A DNA stretch of 64,000 nt from NCBI GenBank assembly GCA_038061795.1, contig JBBTYL010000003.1:192041-256040 (forward strand). The letters run 5' to 3'. This stretch comes from Patescibacteria group bacterium (lineage in GTDB: Bacteria > Patescibacteriota > Minisyncoccia > Phycocordibacterales > PALSA-1337). Below are positions 55,608-64,000 of this stretch, piece after piece (positions within the stretch are counted from its first letter, which is position 1; each line of letters begins with the position of its first letter). A model generated the notes under the pieces. The model made no database searches. It saw nothing but the letters and a program-made list of their open reading frames with translations, and had not been told where the DNA came from. Made by a program: the position numbers and the translations under genes.

Positions 55608-58600
55608 AAATCGCCTTATTCCACAACTACATGGACAATATCGGCGGAGCGGAGATAGTCACGCTTACATTCGCGAGAGAATTGAATGCTGACATATACA
55701 CGACAGTGTTCGACACGAAGCATATTATCAACGCAGGTTTTGCTGATGTCATACCACGCATCAAATCAATAGGAAAAATCCCGAAGCAGGCGCCGTTCAA
55801 GCAACAGCTTGCGTCTCTCAGGTTCCGCAGGCTGAATCTCGGGCGGAAATATGATTTCTATATCATATCAGGCGACTGGGCAATGTCGGGAGCAGTGAAC
55901 AACAAACCCAATCTCTGGTACGTGCACTCCCCGCTCAACGAACTCTGGCAATTCCGCGGAATAATAAAGGAAAAAATGCTTTCAAAATGGAAACATCCGA
56001 TTTTCGACATTTGGGTCTGGTTTAATAAAAAGTTGACGCTTTCATATTCGAAACATGTTGGCTTATGGACATGTAACTCTGGAAACACCCAAGAACGGAT
56101 AAGAAGATTCTATGGGAAGGAGGCTAAGGTCATATACCCACCGATTGACACAACAAAATACGAGAACGGCGCCGATAAAGGCTACTGGCTTTCAGTGAAT
56201 CGTCTCATTGATCACAAGAGGGTCGAGATGCAGCTTGCCGCATTTGCACAATTGCCTAATGAACGCCTTATTGTGGTCGGTAGCTATGAAAAAAATGTAA
56301 ATCAATTCGAAAAATACAGAGCGGGTCTTGAACAGATGCGTCCCCCTAGTGTCGAATTAAAACAATGGGTCAGTGATATGGAACTTATTGATTTATACTC
56401 TAATTGCAAAGGATTTATCACCACGGCAAGAGACGAGGATTTCGGCATGACTGCAGTCGAAGCGATGGCTTCAGGAAAAATGGTAATAGCGCCAAAAGAA
56501 GGTGGGTATAAAGAAAGTGTCCTTCATGAAAAAACAGGGATACTGATAGACGATATTACACCGAAAAAATTAGCTGATGCGATCATAGAAGCAAATACTG
56601 TGCTAAAAAATAATGCGGATTATTATGTACAAGAATGCCTGAAACGAGCTGTAATTTTCGACACCAAAAATTGCATATCTAAACTGAGGAAGCTGATTGG
56701 CGGTTCTGAGGAAAAGCTATTTTCCTTGAGGAATAACTATACCGGAACATACCCGATGGTATATCACCAGCCAGGCGCCTTGACGAAGGATTCACACGAC
56801 ACGCTTCTTAAGCTTTCAAGAATGATTCTTGAAGGACCGTCGAAAAAATTCAGCTGCCCCGAAGACCTTGCCATAGTCACATGGAATAATCGCAACACCT
56901 CGATACTAGAAAAAGTGTGCGAACATCTTGGTGTTCTCCTAAAGACCTACGGAAAGGGTGTTAATAAATGGAAAGGCCACTATGAAACCAAGCTTAGGCT
57001 GATGCACGAAGCCTGCCTCAACGAGAAGACGAAATATGTTATGGGTCTCGATTCACGCGATCTGATCTTAAGCGCCCCGCCAAAGCAAATTCTGGATGAA
57101 TTCAAAAAGATGAATGTCAGAATGCTGTTCGGAGGAGAAAGCCAAGCTGAAAAAGGCGGATTTTATCAAAAAATGCCTGACCTAAAAAAGTTCTTCAAGT
57201 CGCTCGCTCGGAGAGAAAAAGAAAATTCTAAAGGCAGTCCTTTCATTTATCTTAATGCAGGTCAATGGATCGCAGAAAGAACCGTTGCGCTTAAGATTTT
57301 CGAAAGGGCTTTATTGAACGTACCGCGACCAGAGCTTCTCAATGATGATCAATGTGCGATTACCGATGCACTAAGTAATGATACCGACCTTCAGTCCCAG
57401 ATCAAGATCGACTATCAATGCAAAATATTCCAAATATCCATAAATACGCCTGGCATTATTTCATATTCGCACCAATATAAAAAAATATCGTGTTACAAGA
57501 AATTCACGGCGCGCAGGCATTATCTATATTCCCTTCTCAAATGGAAGCTAGGGGTCCAGGATGCAACACCGAAAGCGAGCGTATTATCTATGACGATTGA
57601 TTCGTATATAGGAAAAACTGGCATGTACATCAAGAAACTGTCACCCGAAATATATATCTTCCTAAAAAAAAATATGGGCAAGGATCCCGGCCCGGCGGTG
57701 CGAACACATCTGCATGACAGAAACAGCGTAAGAGCAGCGGTAATACGGACATATGAGAACCATTCTAGGATCGGCATTCTGGCTTTTTATTACTGTGGAT
57801 CAATAACGAGAAGCGATTACTCTTGTGACAAAAGTGACATAGACATCATTGCAATCATCAGCGATTCATTTCCCCGAAATAAATTAGGCAGGATTTCGAA
57901 GGAAATACGAAAACAAGTGCCGTGGATCAGCAGGATAAACATAAATTACTTGAGTATGAGCGAACTTCTCGGAAAGGATCGTTCATCGGCGCTTATGTTT
58001 ATCTTCACTCCAGAAGCCTTCTTCTTCAACTTTGACGACTGGGAGCATCTCGCTGGCAAGACATTCAAGCTAAGCGATTTTTCCATAAAACCCTATAGTC
58101 TCGATGAAGCAATAGGTTATGAGGTAACCAAAGCAACGCAATATCTGATAACGAAGGACTCCGTCACCAAGACTGCAAAATTAGGAGTGAAGATCTGCAG
58201 ATATGTGTGTTATTTCATACACCAAAAGAAAGCAGGCTATCATCCGTACAACCCTGACACGCTCAAAGAATACGCCACCGAGCAGACTCGGGAAGTAATC
58301 GATACCGTCATGCACCTCTCAGAGGTTTCATACAACAACGTCGAAATGTATATTCATTTACCAAAGATACTTGAATTCTTGAAATCGGTAAGGACCTCGT
58401 TTCCGAATCGCCATTTTGGACCTATCTTTGAAAAAGTGCTTCCAGCCCTGGATAAAGAGAAGGTTGAGTATTGGGTATTCGGCGGTATTGCAGTCGCTGG
58501 AATTGTGGGAAATTTTGTAAGGGAAAACAAGGATGTCGATTTATGCGTAAGAGAATCTGACTTTGAAAAAGCGTGTTCAGTACTGAGAGATTTATGTGTC

Positions 58601-59116
58601 AAAAAAGAATATAATGATTCGTGGAAATTCGCGACAAGGCTCGAGGGTCCAGCTCGAAGGCCGAAAGTTGAAATATTCATTGGTGGAATTGAGAGGCTTT
58701 CTTTGATTCCGCTTCATGATAATGGCAAAGAGATTGTGCTCCGGATAGGGGGAACAGATGTGTCTCTGATGAATGGTACAAGGATAGATCGAGTAGAAAA
58801 AAGGATTGGAGATTTCAAATTTTTCATTCCTCAAGAATCAATCGTGCGCACCATGCTCCGAATAGTGATCAGGGTGCATATCGAGGCGACTCCAGCGAGA
58901 CTCCTTAGTCCTGTCTCTTTGGAATACAGGCATTGGATGGATGCAGCGGCCATTCTCGACAAAGAGGAATTCGATGAACTTTACGAAACAGCCCGCGTAT
59001 CGAGGCCGAACAAGTTTTATAGAATGCTGGATCGTGCAATAGGAAAAACAGGCAAACTTATTAAAAAAGCTTCGCCGAAGTCTTATGCGTTCCTGAAATC
59101 GAATTTTATGAATTGA
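55604..59116 (+). CDS. multi-domain transferase: GT4 domain, then a GT-A-like domain, then two nucleotidyltransferase-fold-like segments
   Basis: 1170 aa. The N-terminal GT4 domain contains TTARDEDFGMTAVEAMASGKMVIAP. The middle domain has GLDSRD and YLNAGQWI, which look GT-A/PLOD-like. Next come YYCGSITRSDYSCDKSDIDIIAI, and later WVFGGIAVAG...NKDVDLCV, both NTase-like GS/GG...D.D patterns. Confidence 0.65.
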   Translation: MKIALFHNYMDNIGGAEIVTLTFARELNADIYTTVFDTKHIINAGFADVIPRIKSIGKIPKQAPFKQQLASLRFRRLNLGRKYDFYIISGDWAMSGAVNNKPNLWYVHSPLNELWQFRGIIKEKMLSKWKHPIFDIWVWFNKKLTLSYSKHVGLWTCNSGNTQERIRRFYGKEAKVIYPPIDTTKYENGADKGYWLSVNRLIDHKRVEMQLAAFAQLPNERLIVVGSYEKNVNQFEKYRAGLEQMRPPSVELKQWVSDMELIDLYSNCKGFITTARDEDFGMTAVEAMASGKMVIAPKEGGYKESVLHEKTGILIDDITPKKLADAIIEANTVLKNNADYYVQECLKRAVIFDTKNCISKLRKLIGGSEEKLFSLRNNYTGTYPMVYHQPGALTKDSHDTLLKLSRMILEGPSKKFSCPEDLAIVTWNNRNTSILEKVCEHLGVLLKTYGKGVNKWKGHYETKLRLMHEACLNEKTKYVMGLDSRDLILSAPPKQILDEFKKMNVRMLFGGESQAEKGGFYQKMPDLKKFFKSLARREKENSKGSPFIYLNAGQWIAERTVALKIFERALLNVPRPELLNDDQCAITDALSNDTDLQSQIKIDYQCKIFQISINTPGIISYSHQYKKISCYKKFTARRHYLYSLLKWKLGVQDATPKASVLSMTIDSYIGKTGMYIKKLSPEIYIFLKKNMGKDPGPAVRTHLHDRNSVRAAVIRTYENHSRIGILAFYYCGSITRSDYSCDKSDIDIIAIISDSFPRNKLGRISKEIRKQVPWISRININYLSMSELLGKDRSSALMFIFTPEAFFFNFDDWEHLAGKTFKLSDFSIKPYSLDEAIGYEVTKATQYLITKDSVTKTAKLGVKICRYVCYFIHQKKAGYHPYNPDTLKEYATEQTREVIDTVMHLSEVSYNNVEMYIHLPKILEFLKSVRTSFPNRHFGPIFEKVLPALDKEKVEYWVFGGIAVAGIVGNFVRENKDVDLCVRESDFEKACSVLRDLCVKKEYNDSWKFATRLEGPARRPKVEIFIGGIERLSLIPLHDNGKEIVLRIGGTDVSLMNGTRIDRVEKRIGDFKFFIPQESIVRTMLRIVIRVHIEATPARLLSPVSLEYRHWMDAAAILDKEEFDELYETARVSRPNKFYRMLDRAIGKTGKLIKKASPKSYAFLKSNFMN

Positions 59117-59864
59117 GCCTCCCAGATGCCGCCTGGAGATAGGCTTCAACAACCTGGTCCGTATTGCCCATCTGACGAATCTTCCCCTTCTCAAGCCAGA
59201 TAGTGCGATTGCAATATTTGCCGATCATCTTAAGATTGTGACTCACGAGAAGCACGGTTGCACCACCGTGGATTAGTTCCTCCATTTTTACGATAGCCCT
59301 TTCTTGGAAATCAATATCTGCACCAGCTGAAAAAACTTCGTCAAGAAGCAGGATGTCAGGATTCTGATGCTTAACACAGAAAATCATGACTGAAAAATTC
59401 AAGCGCGTCAGCATTCCTGATGAGAATTGGAATACCTTGGCATCAACGAATTCCTTTAGGCCAGAAAAATCAACAATCTCATCAAATTTTTCTTTGATCT
59501 CAGAATTCGAAAGTCCCATCATAGCGCCCATAAGAAATATATTTTCTCTCATACTTAAGAGCTGCTGTAGACCTTGCCCAAAACCTGAAAGATACACAAG
59601 TGAGCCCTCTGTCTTGATTGATCCCTTTGGAGAGTCATAAATACCGGCTATCAGACGAAGGAGCGTACTCTTTCCTGATCCATTCCTGCCTATGATACCA
59701 ATATTCTCACCTGCCCCGGCATCGAACGACAAGTCATCTGCGACTCTCAATTTCTGAGATTTTCCACCAGAAAATGTGCCAAGCAGATGCGACAAAACAG
59801 ATCCCCCACCTTTGCGATTAAGCTTGAATTCTTTATTGAGATTTTTAACGATAATTCTTTTCAT
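59106..59864 (-). CDS. ABC transporter ATP-binding protein (Wzt/TagH-type polysaccharide exporter)
   Basis: 252 aa. Walker A is GRNGSGKST, the signature is FSSGMLTRL, and Walker B is ILLLDEV. Confidence 0.85.
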   Translation of the reverse strand: MKRIIVKNLNKEFKLNRKGGGSVLSHLLGTFSGGKSQKLRVADDLSFDAGAGENIGIIGRNGSGKSTLLRLIAGIYDSPKGSIKTEGSLVYLSGFGQGLQQLLSMRENIFLMGAMMGLSNSEIKEKFDEIVDFSGLKEFVDAKVFQFSSGMLTRLNFSVMIFCVKHQNPDILLLDEVFSAGADIDFQERAIVKMEELIHGGATVLLVSHNLKMIGKYCNRTIWLEKGKIRQMGNTDQVVEAYLQAASGRLNS

Positions 59865-59867
59865 ATT

Positions 59868-60632
59868 TTAAACAAGTTCAGCGAAGCTTCTCTTCAACCT
59901 ATTAAAAATAAAGAGGCCGAGTGCAGAGAAAAATACACTGACTGCAATCAATACGAGAATGAGTTGAAGTGACGGCAAAGTTCCATAAATCGTCACATCT
60001 CGAGCTGCAGCAAGAAAACCAAAGAGAGGATTAAAAAGATTCAGAGAATGGAGTGGGCTTTCCTCTTTCACGAGATAAAATACCGGTGTGGCAAAAAGAA
60101 GCAGTTGTGATGCAATAGTCCAGAGGTTCTTTAAATCATTAAAGTAAACACCTATTGCAGAAAAAAGAAAACAGACACCAAGTGTAAAAAAGAAATAAAG
60201 AACTAGTATTGGGATGTAATAGATTACACCGAATAAAGAAAGATCAAGCAGTGCCAATGTAACCCCAACAAGGACGAGCTCGAATAGATGGGAAAAGGTC
60301 GCCCTGAACACGGTTGAGAGTATGAAAACTTCATAATTAACCTTCATCGTTTTAATATAGTTGGCATTACTCCGGATAATATCTATCGAAGAAGCGACTG
60401 ACTGGCTGAAAAAATTAACCATGATGAGACCTAGAAGTAGATATACTGGGTAGTGCTCTATTCCCTGATCAAGCGAAAGTGTGGTTCGCAAATGCAGGAT
60501 TATCAGAAAAAAGCTGAGTGGGCTCAAAAGATACCAGAGTATGCCTAGATAGCTTGCCTCATTCCTTACCTTAAAATTCGCTTTCGCTAATGAGTAGCTT
60601 AACGAAATGATGTGTGTAATTTTGTTTTTCAA
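59868..60632 (-). CDS. ABC-2 type transporter permease (Wzm/TagG-like)
   Basis: 254 aa with 6 predicted TM helices, located immediately upstream of the ATPase. Confidence 0.75.
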   Translation of the reverse strand: MKNKITHIISLSYSLAKANFKVRNEASYLGILWYLLSPLSFFLIILHLRTTLSLDQGIEHYPVYLLLGLIMVNFFSQSVASSIDIIRSNANYIKTMKVNYEVFILSTVFRATFSHLFELVLVGVTLALLDLSLFGVIYYIPILVLYFFFTLGVCFLFSAIGVYFNDLKNLWTIASQLLLFATPVFYLVKEESPLHSLNLFNPLFGFLAAARDVTIYGTLPSLQLILVLIAVSVFFSALGLFIFNRLKRSFAELV

Positions 60633-60636
60633 AGGG

Positions 60637-60710
60637 TGCGCCCTCTAGGATTCGAACCTAGGACCCTTCCGGTATAAGCGGAATGCTCTAACCAACTGAG
60701 CTAAGGGCGC
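60637..60710 (-). tRNA. tRNA-Ile (anticodon UAU), CCA not encoded
   Basis: The hand-folded cloverleaf has acceptor GCGCCCT/AGGGCGC, D stem GCTC/GAGC, anticodon stem TTCCG/CGGAA with loop CTTATAC, and T-arm CTAGG-TTCGAAT-CCTAG, with discriminator A. Confidence 0.8.
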
Positions 60711-60717
60711 AATCAAT

Positions 60718-61386
60718 CTATTTACTAGTACCTACTACATTAGCAACAAATTTGATTCCCATCAACACATAGGTTGCCATGACTGTGTCATTGAGAATAA
60801 CATTGCATGTACCGTGTCCAAAATTATTCTTATATGTTAAGTCTGACATGTTAGAATTTTTAACCCACGTTTTGTGGAATTTTGATTTCTCAATACCTAA
60901 TTCCCTACTCCAAAAAGAAATTTCCTTATTTTCATCCATATCTTTATATAGATGCAGTTTAATCTTTAGTTTATCCTTAGATACTCCGAGTAATTTCAAC
61001 CAGTTTAGATATGTTTTTAGCATTGATGGGTCAGTATTAGTTAAAGTCATATTATTATGAGTCGTCTTCCCTCCTTCAGCCCAATAGAGGAAAAATCCTG
61101 CGATAAGCAATTCTCTATCACTTATATTCCCAATATCTTTTTTAACCTTATCAAAAGCAATAGAAAATTTCTCCTCACGCTTTTTCCTCATCGTATTTAT
61201 ATATTTCTCAATTCTTCTTGGATTGTCTGCTCTTAGTTCCCGAATTCTTTTATCAGAAAGTGGATAATTTTGCAGCCAATTACTTAGAGTGCCTTTACTT
61301 ATACCAAGTTTTTCTTTTATCTGAGAATAACTATATCCTTTTTTCCTTAATGCTATTGCCTTAGACTTTTCCTTGTATCGAGCCAT
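60718..61386 (-). CDS. HTH protein with a LAGLIDADG-like segment
   Basis: 222 aa. The N-terminal HTH is KKGYSYSQIKEKLGISKGTLSNW. LIAGFFLYWAEGGK resembles a LAGLIDADG motif. This is a weak call. Confidence 0.4.
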   Translation of the reverse strand: MARYKEKSKAIALRKKGYSYSQIKEKLGISKGTLSNWLQNYPLSDKRIRELRADNPRRIEKYINTMRKKREEKFSIAFDKVKKDIGNISDRELLIAGFFLYWAEGGKTTHNNMTLTNTDPSMLKTYLNWLKLLGVSKDKLKIKLHLYKDMDENKEISFWSRELGIEKSKFHKTWVKNSNMSDLTYKNNFGHGTCNVILNDTVMATYVLMGIKFVANVVGTSK

Positions 61387-61454
61387 GTAGATTGAACGAT
61401 TAGATTATAATACAGTAATTATAATTCAATAGTTCATAAACTTCAATAGACTGG

Positions 61455-63371
61455 TTAGACCAAATGCTCAATATCTAACTTCTTTTTCGGCTGAATTCCA
61501 TGAGCAATGATGATATTTTCGTATTCTTCTCGTTCAATCGTCTCCACTTCAATGAGCCTTTGGGCGATGGCATCGAGGGCTGCTTTATGCTTGGTAACGA
61601 TATCCTCTGCCTTCTTGTAGCCTTCATCCATGATTCGCGCGACTTCTGAGTCGATGTCAGCGCTGATCTTTTCTGAATATCCGTTATCTTCGACTCCCTT
61701 TCCGAACATTGCGCGTCCGCCAGAGCTCTCGAGCGCGAGCACGCCGATCTTTTCAGACATTCCGTATTTCGTCACCATGTCTCGCGCAAGAGCCGTTGAA
61801 ACCTGGAGATCATTTGATGGTCCTGTTGTCACATCATTGAACATGATTTTCTCAACTACATAACCGCCAAGCGAAACGGAAATATCGTCGAGGAATTCCC
61901 TCTTGCTCTGCATCTTTCGATCTTCAAGTGGGAGATGAAGGGTGTATCCAGCGGCACGTCCACGAGAAATGATCGATATCTTGTGAACTGGGTCTGCAAA
62001 TGGAAGTACCGATGCGACGAGCGCATGACCCGCTTCGTGATACGCAGTGATTTCCTTTTCTTTCTTTGAAAGAAGATGGCTCTTTCGTTCTGGTCCAAGC
62101 ATTACTTTTTCGATAGCTCTAATAAGATCGAACTGTGCGACCTTCGTACGATTTTCTCGTGCAGCAAGGATAGCTCCTTCATTCATAAGAGAATAGAGAT
62201 CAGCACCAGAGAATCCTGGAGTTCGTTCTGCGATGACTCGGAGGGCGACGTCTTCTGCAAAAGGCTTCTTGGCTGAATGTATTTTCAAAATCTCCTCTCG
62301 ATCATTTCGATCAGGTAGGTCAATAGTGACTCGTCGGTCGAATCGTCCTGGCCGTAGGAGCGCGGGATCAAGAACATCAGGTCGATTTGTCGCAGCCATG
62401 ACGATCACCTTTTCATTCGGCTCGAATCCATCCATCTCCACAAGAATCTGGTTCAATGTCTGCTCTCGCTCATCATTTCCTCCCCCGACACCAGTACCTC
62501 GCACTCGTCCAACAGCATCGATTTCATCCACGAAAATAATTGCAGGAGCTGCCTGCTTTGCCATTTTAAATAAATCTCGCACACGTGATGCACCGACTCC
62601 CACGAACATTTCCACGAATTCAGAACCTGAGATTGCAAAAAATGCAACGCCGGCTTCACCAGCAACTGCTCGTGCAAGCAATGTCTTTCCTGTACCAGGA
62701 GCACCCATAAGAAGTATTCCCTTCGGAATCACTGCGCCGATTTCAAGAAACTTTTTGGGATTCTTGAGAAAGTCGACGATTTCAGCGAGTTCTTGCTTCG
62801 CCTCCTTAGCACCTGCAACATCCTTGAATGTCACCCTCTGCTTCTTGTCATCCGGCAATGTGATGCGGGCTTTCGATTGTCCAAAAGAAAATGCCTGCAT
62901 TCCAGTACCCTTCACTTGTCGCGTTAGAAACCAGATGATTAAGGCAATAAAAAGAAGCGGAGCAAGGAACGGTGCAAGCTGTGTAAGCCAAAAAACAAAC
63001 CCGCTCGGCCCTTCTACGTTAATTTTTACTGCATTTAGCTTTTCTGGAGTAAGTCCATAACGTGCAAAAGTTTCTGTAACAGAAGAATCGCTCTCTTTTT
63101 GGGCTTTCTTAGAAGTATTATCACGATAAAGTGCGGCAAGATCATTCCCTTTGACTGTAATAGAAATGACTTTACCCATTCCGACATCATGCACAAGGTC
63201 AGAGAGGGCGATTTTGTCCGTAGACGCGCTTGTATCTGCCAAAACCGAATAGAGACTCGTTATAAGAAAAAGTACAAGAAGTCCAGTGGAAATTGAGTTA
63301 AGAAGCCCAAATCTGCTCGGCTTCTTGCTCTTTTTATCCCCAGGACCCTTGTTTGATTGCTGTTTGCTCAT
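61455..63371 (-). CDS. ftsH: ATP-dependent zinc metalloprotease FtsH
   Basis: 638 aa. Two N-terminal TM helices, AAA+ Walker [12 protein letters not shown], Walker B IIFVDEID, the SRH, and the zinc site HEAGHAL. Confidence 0.95.
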   Translation of the reverse strand: MSKQQSNKGPGDKKSKKPSRFGLLNSISTGLLVLFLITSLYSVLADTSASTDKIALSDLVHDVGMGKVISITVKGNDLAALYRDNTSKKAQKESDSSVTETFARYGLTPEKLNAVKINVEGPSGFVFWLTQLAPFLAPLLFIALIIWFLTRQVKGTGMQAFSFGQSKARITLPDDKKQRVTFKDVAGAKEAKQELAEIVDFLKNPKKFLEIGAVIPKGILLMGAPGTGKTLLARAVAGEAGVAFFAISGSEFVEMFVGVGASRVRDLFKMAKQAAPAIIFVDEIDAVGRVRGTGVGGGNDEREQTLNQILVEMDGFEPNEKVIVMAATNRPDVLDPALLRPGRFDRRVTIDLPDRNDREEILKIHSAKKPFAEDVALRVIAERTPGFSGADLYSLMNEGAILAARENRTKVAQFDLIRAIEKVMLGPERKSHLLSKKEKEITAYHEAGHALVASVLPFADPVHKISIISRGRAAGYTLHLPLEDRKMQSKREFLDDISVSLGGYVVEKIMFNDVTTGPSNDLQVSTALARDMVTKYGMSEKIGVLALESSGGRAMFGKGVEDNGYSEKISADIDSEVARIMDEGYKKAEDIVTKHKAALDAIAQRLIEVETIEREEYENIIIAHGIQPKKKLDIEHLV

Positions 63372-63414
63372 AGGCTTTGATTATACTCAGATTGTAGGAA
63401 AAAGAAAGAAAAAT

Positions 63415-63454
63415 TTAATAAAAAAATCCACCAGCGAGACATGCTCGCTGGTGG
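63415..63454 (-). terminator. rho-independent terminator
   Basis: A perfect 11-bp stem pairs CCACCAGCGAG (63428-38) with CTCGCTGGTGG (63444-54). It is followed on the minus strand by ATTTTTTTATT. Confidence 0.65.
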
Positions 63455-63473
63455 TGAAAGGACCGATCAAAAT

Positions 63474-63938
63474 TTACGAGGCGACAATGTGCTGCTGGAA
63501 ACCGCCGCTCTTTTGGTCCGTAAATGGCTTTCTGAAGGCGGTACCCGCAGCACTCAAAGTAGTTCGAAGATGTGGCGGCTCAGCGAACGGGCTTGGGATT
63601 CCAGATCTTGCACAGAGTTGACTTCCAGTATTCCAATCAAGCTCATGCGGCGGCTTGGCACTGACTTGATTGTGCGACAGTTCGATGCTTTTGATCGAAG
63701 GGGTCACATGCCCTTTCGAGCATATCCGGAATTTATACGACCAAAACATCTTCAGGCCTCGCTTATTCGGTTCCCGCCGAATTTCAAAAAGCCTGTACGT
63801 CTTCTTCGTGTGACAGCGACAGCCCTCAACTGGGCACAAATGCCGGAAGTATCGGATGACAAGAGAGGTGAGTGTTCCAATTGCAATAGGCAATAGAAAC
63901 ACGGCAGGCAGATACCAAAGGGGGATTGTAACATTCAT
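63474..63938 (-). CDS. hypothetical membrane-anchored Cys/His-rich protein
   Basis: 154 aa. N-terminal TM helix, then CPVEGCRCH...CSKGH. Preferred over the overlapping + ORF because a strong terminator lies 20 nt after its stop. Confidence 0.4.
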   Translation of the reverse strand: MNVTIPLWYLPAVFLLPIAIGTLTSLVIRYFRHLCPVEGCRCHTKKTYRLFEIRREPNKRGLKMFWSYKFRICSKGHVTPSIKSIELSHNQVSAKPPHELDWNTGSQLCARSGIPSPFAEPPHLRTTLSAAGTAFRKPFTDQKSGGFQQHIVAS

Positions 63939-64000
63939 AATTTAGCGTCTTTCTTTCAGGGGTTTTCCGTATTTGGGGTTTTGTCTGTTTCAGCTTGCAT

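Noticed and set aside
63441-63896. 151-aa + strand ORF overlapping 63474-63938.
   Set aside because: The minus-strand alternative has an N-terminal TM helix and is followed 20 nt later by a perfect 11-bp-stem terminator oriented for the minus strand. The + ORF would begin inside that terminator. Confidence in either ORF remains low.

Overview
This is a low-GC contig: sampled 60-nt lines are about 35-40% GC. It is tightly packed, with many 1-20 nt gaps or overlaps between genes. The gene content includes many GT4/GT2 glycosyltransferases, a minimal type IV pilus machinery with short pilins, FtsH and RecG. That content suggests an uncultivated small-genome bacterium such as CPR/Patescibacteria, which is an inference rather than something I can prove.

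Layout:
- (1) 1-12.5 kb: minus-strand glycan-synthesis cluster (methyltransferases, AsnB-type amidotransferase, GT2, about seven GT-B enzymes, an SDR epimerase), interrupted by one conspicuously GC-rich orphan gene at 10445-11251.
- (2) 12.9-25 kb: VirD4/TraD-like ATPase, DUF3800, two tandem pilins, pilC-pilT-response regulator-pilB, pilMNO-like genes and comF.
- (3) about 26.0-47.6 kb: a putative integrated element abutting tRNA-Ser(GCU). It has repeated tRNA-3'-like boundary sequences, two large serine recombinases, ParB-like genes, a ParB-nuclease/DNA-methyltransferase fusion, small and large terminase subunits, and a LexA-led six-gene operon of unknown function.
- (4) 47.7-64 kb: recG, two more pilin-like genes, a second glycan cluster with a Wzm/Wzt-type ABC exporter and a 1170-aa multi-domain transferase, tRNA-Ile(UAU), and ftsH.

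The most striking feature lies in segment (3). It is a complete diversity-generating retroelement (DGR) at 27777-30305.
- The 117-bp TR and VR differ at 19 positions, all of them at TR adenines.
- The reverse transcriptase carries the DGR-type LGxxxSQ motif.
- An Avd-like four-helix gene sits on the opposite strand and is interrupted at a C11 homopolymer.
- The target is a small, GC-rich, signal-less protein whose variable region does not look like the usual C-type-lectin VR.

No rRNA genes or CRISPR arrays were seen.
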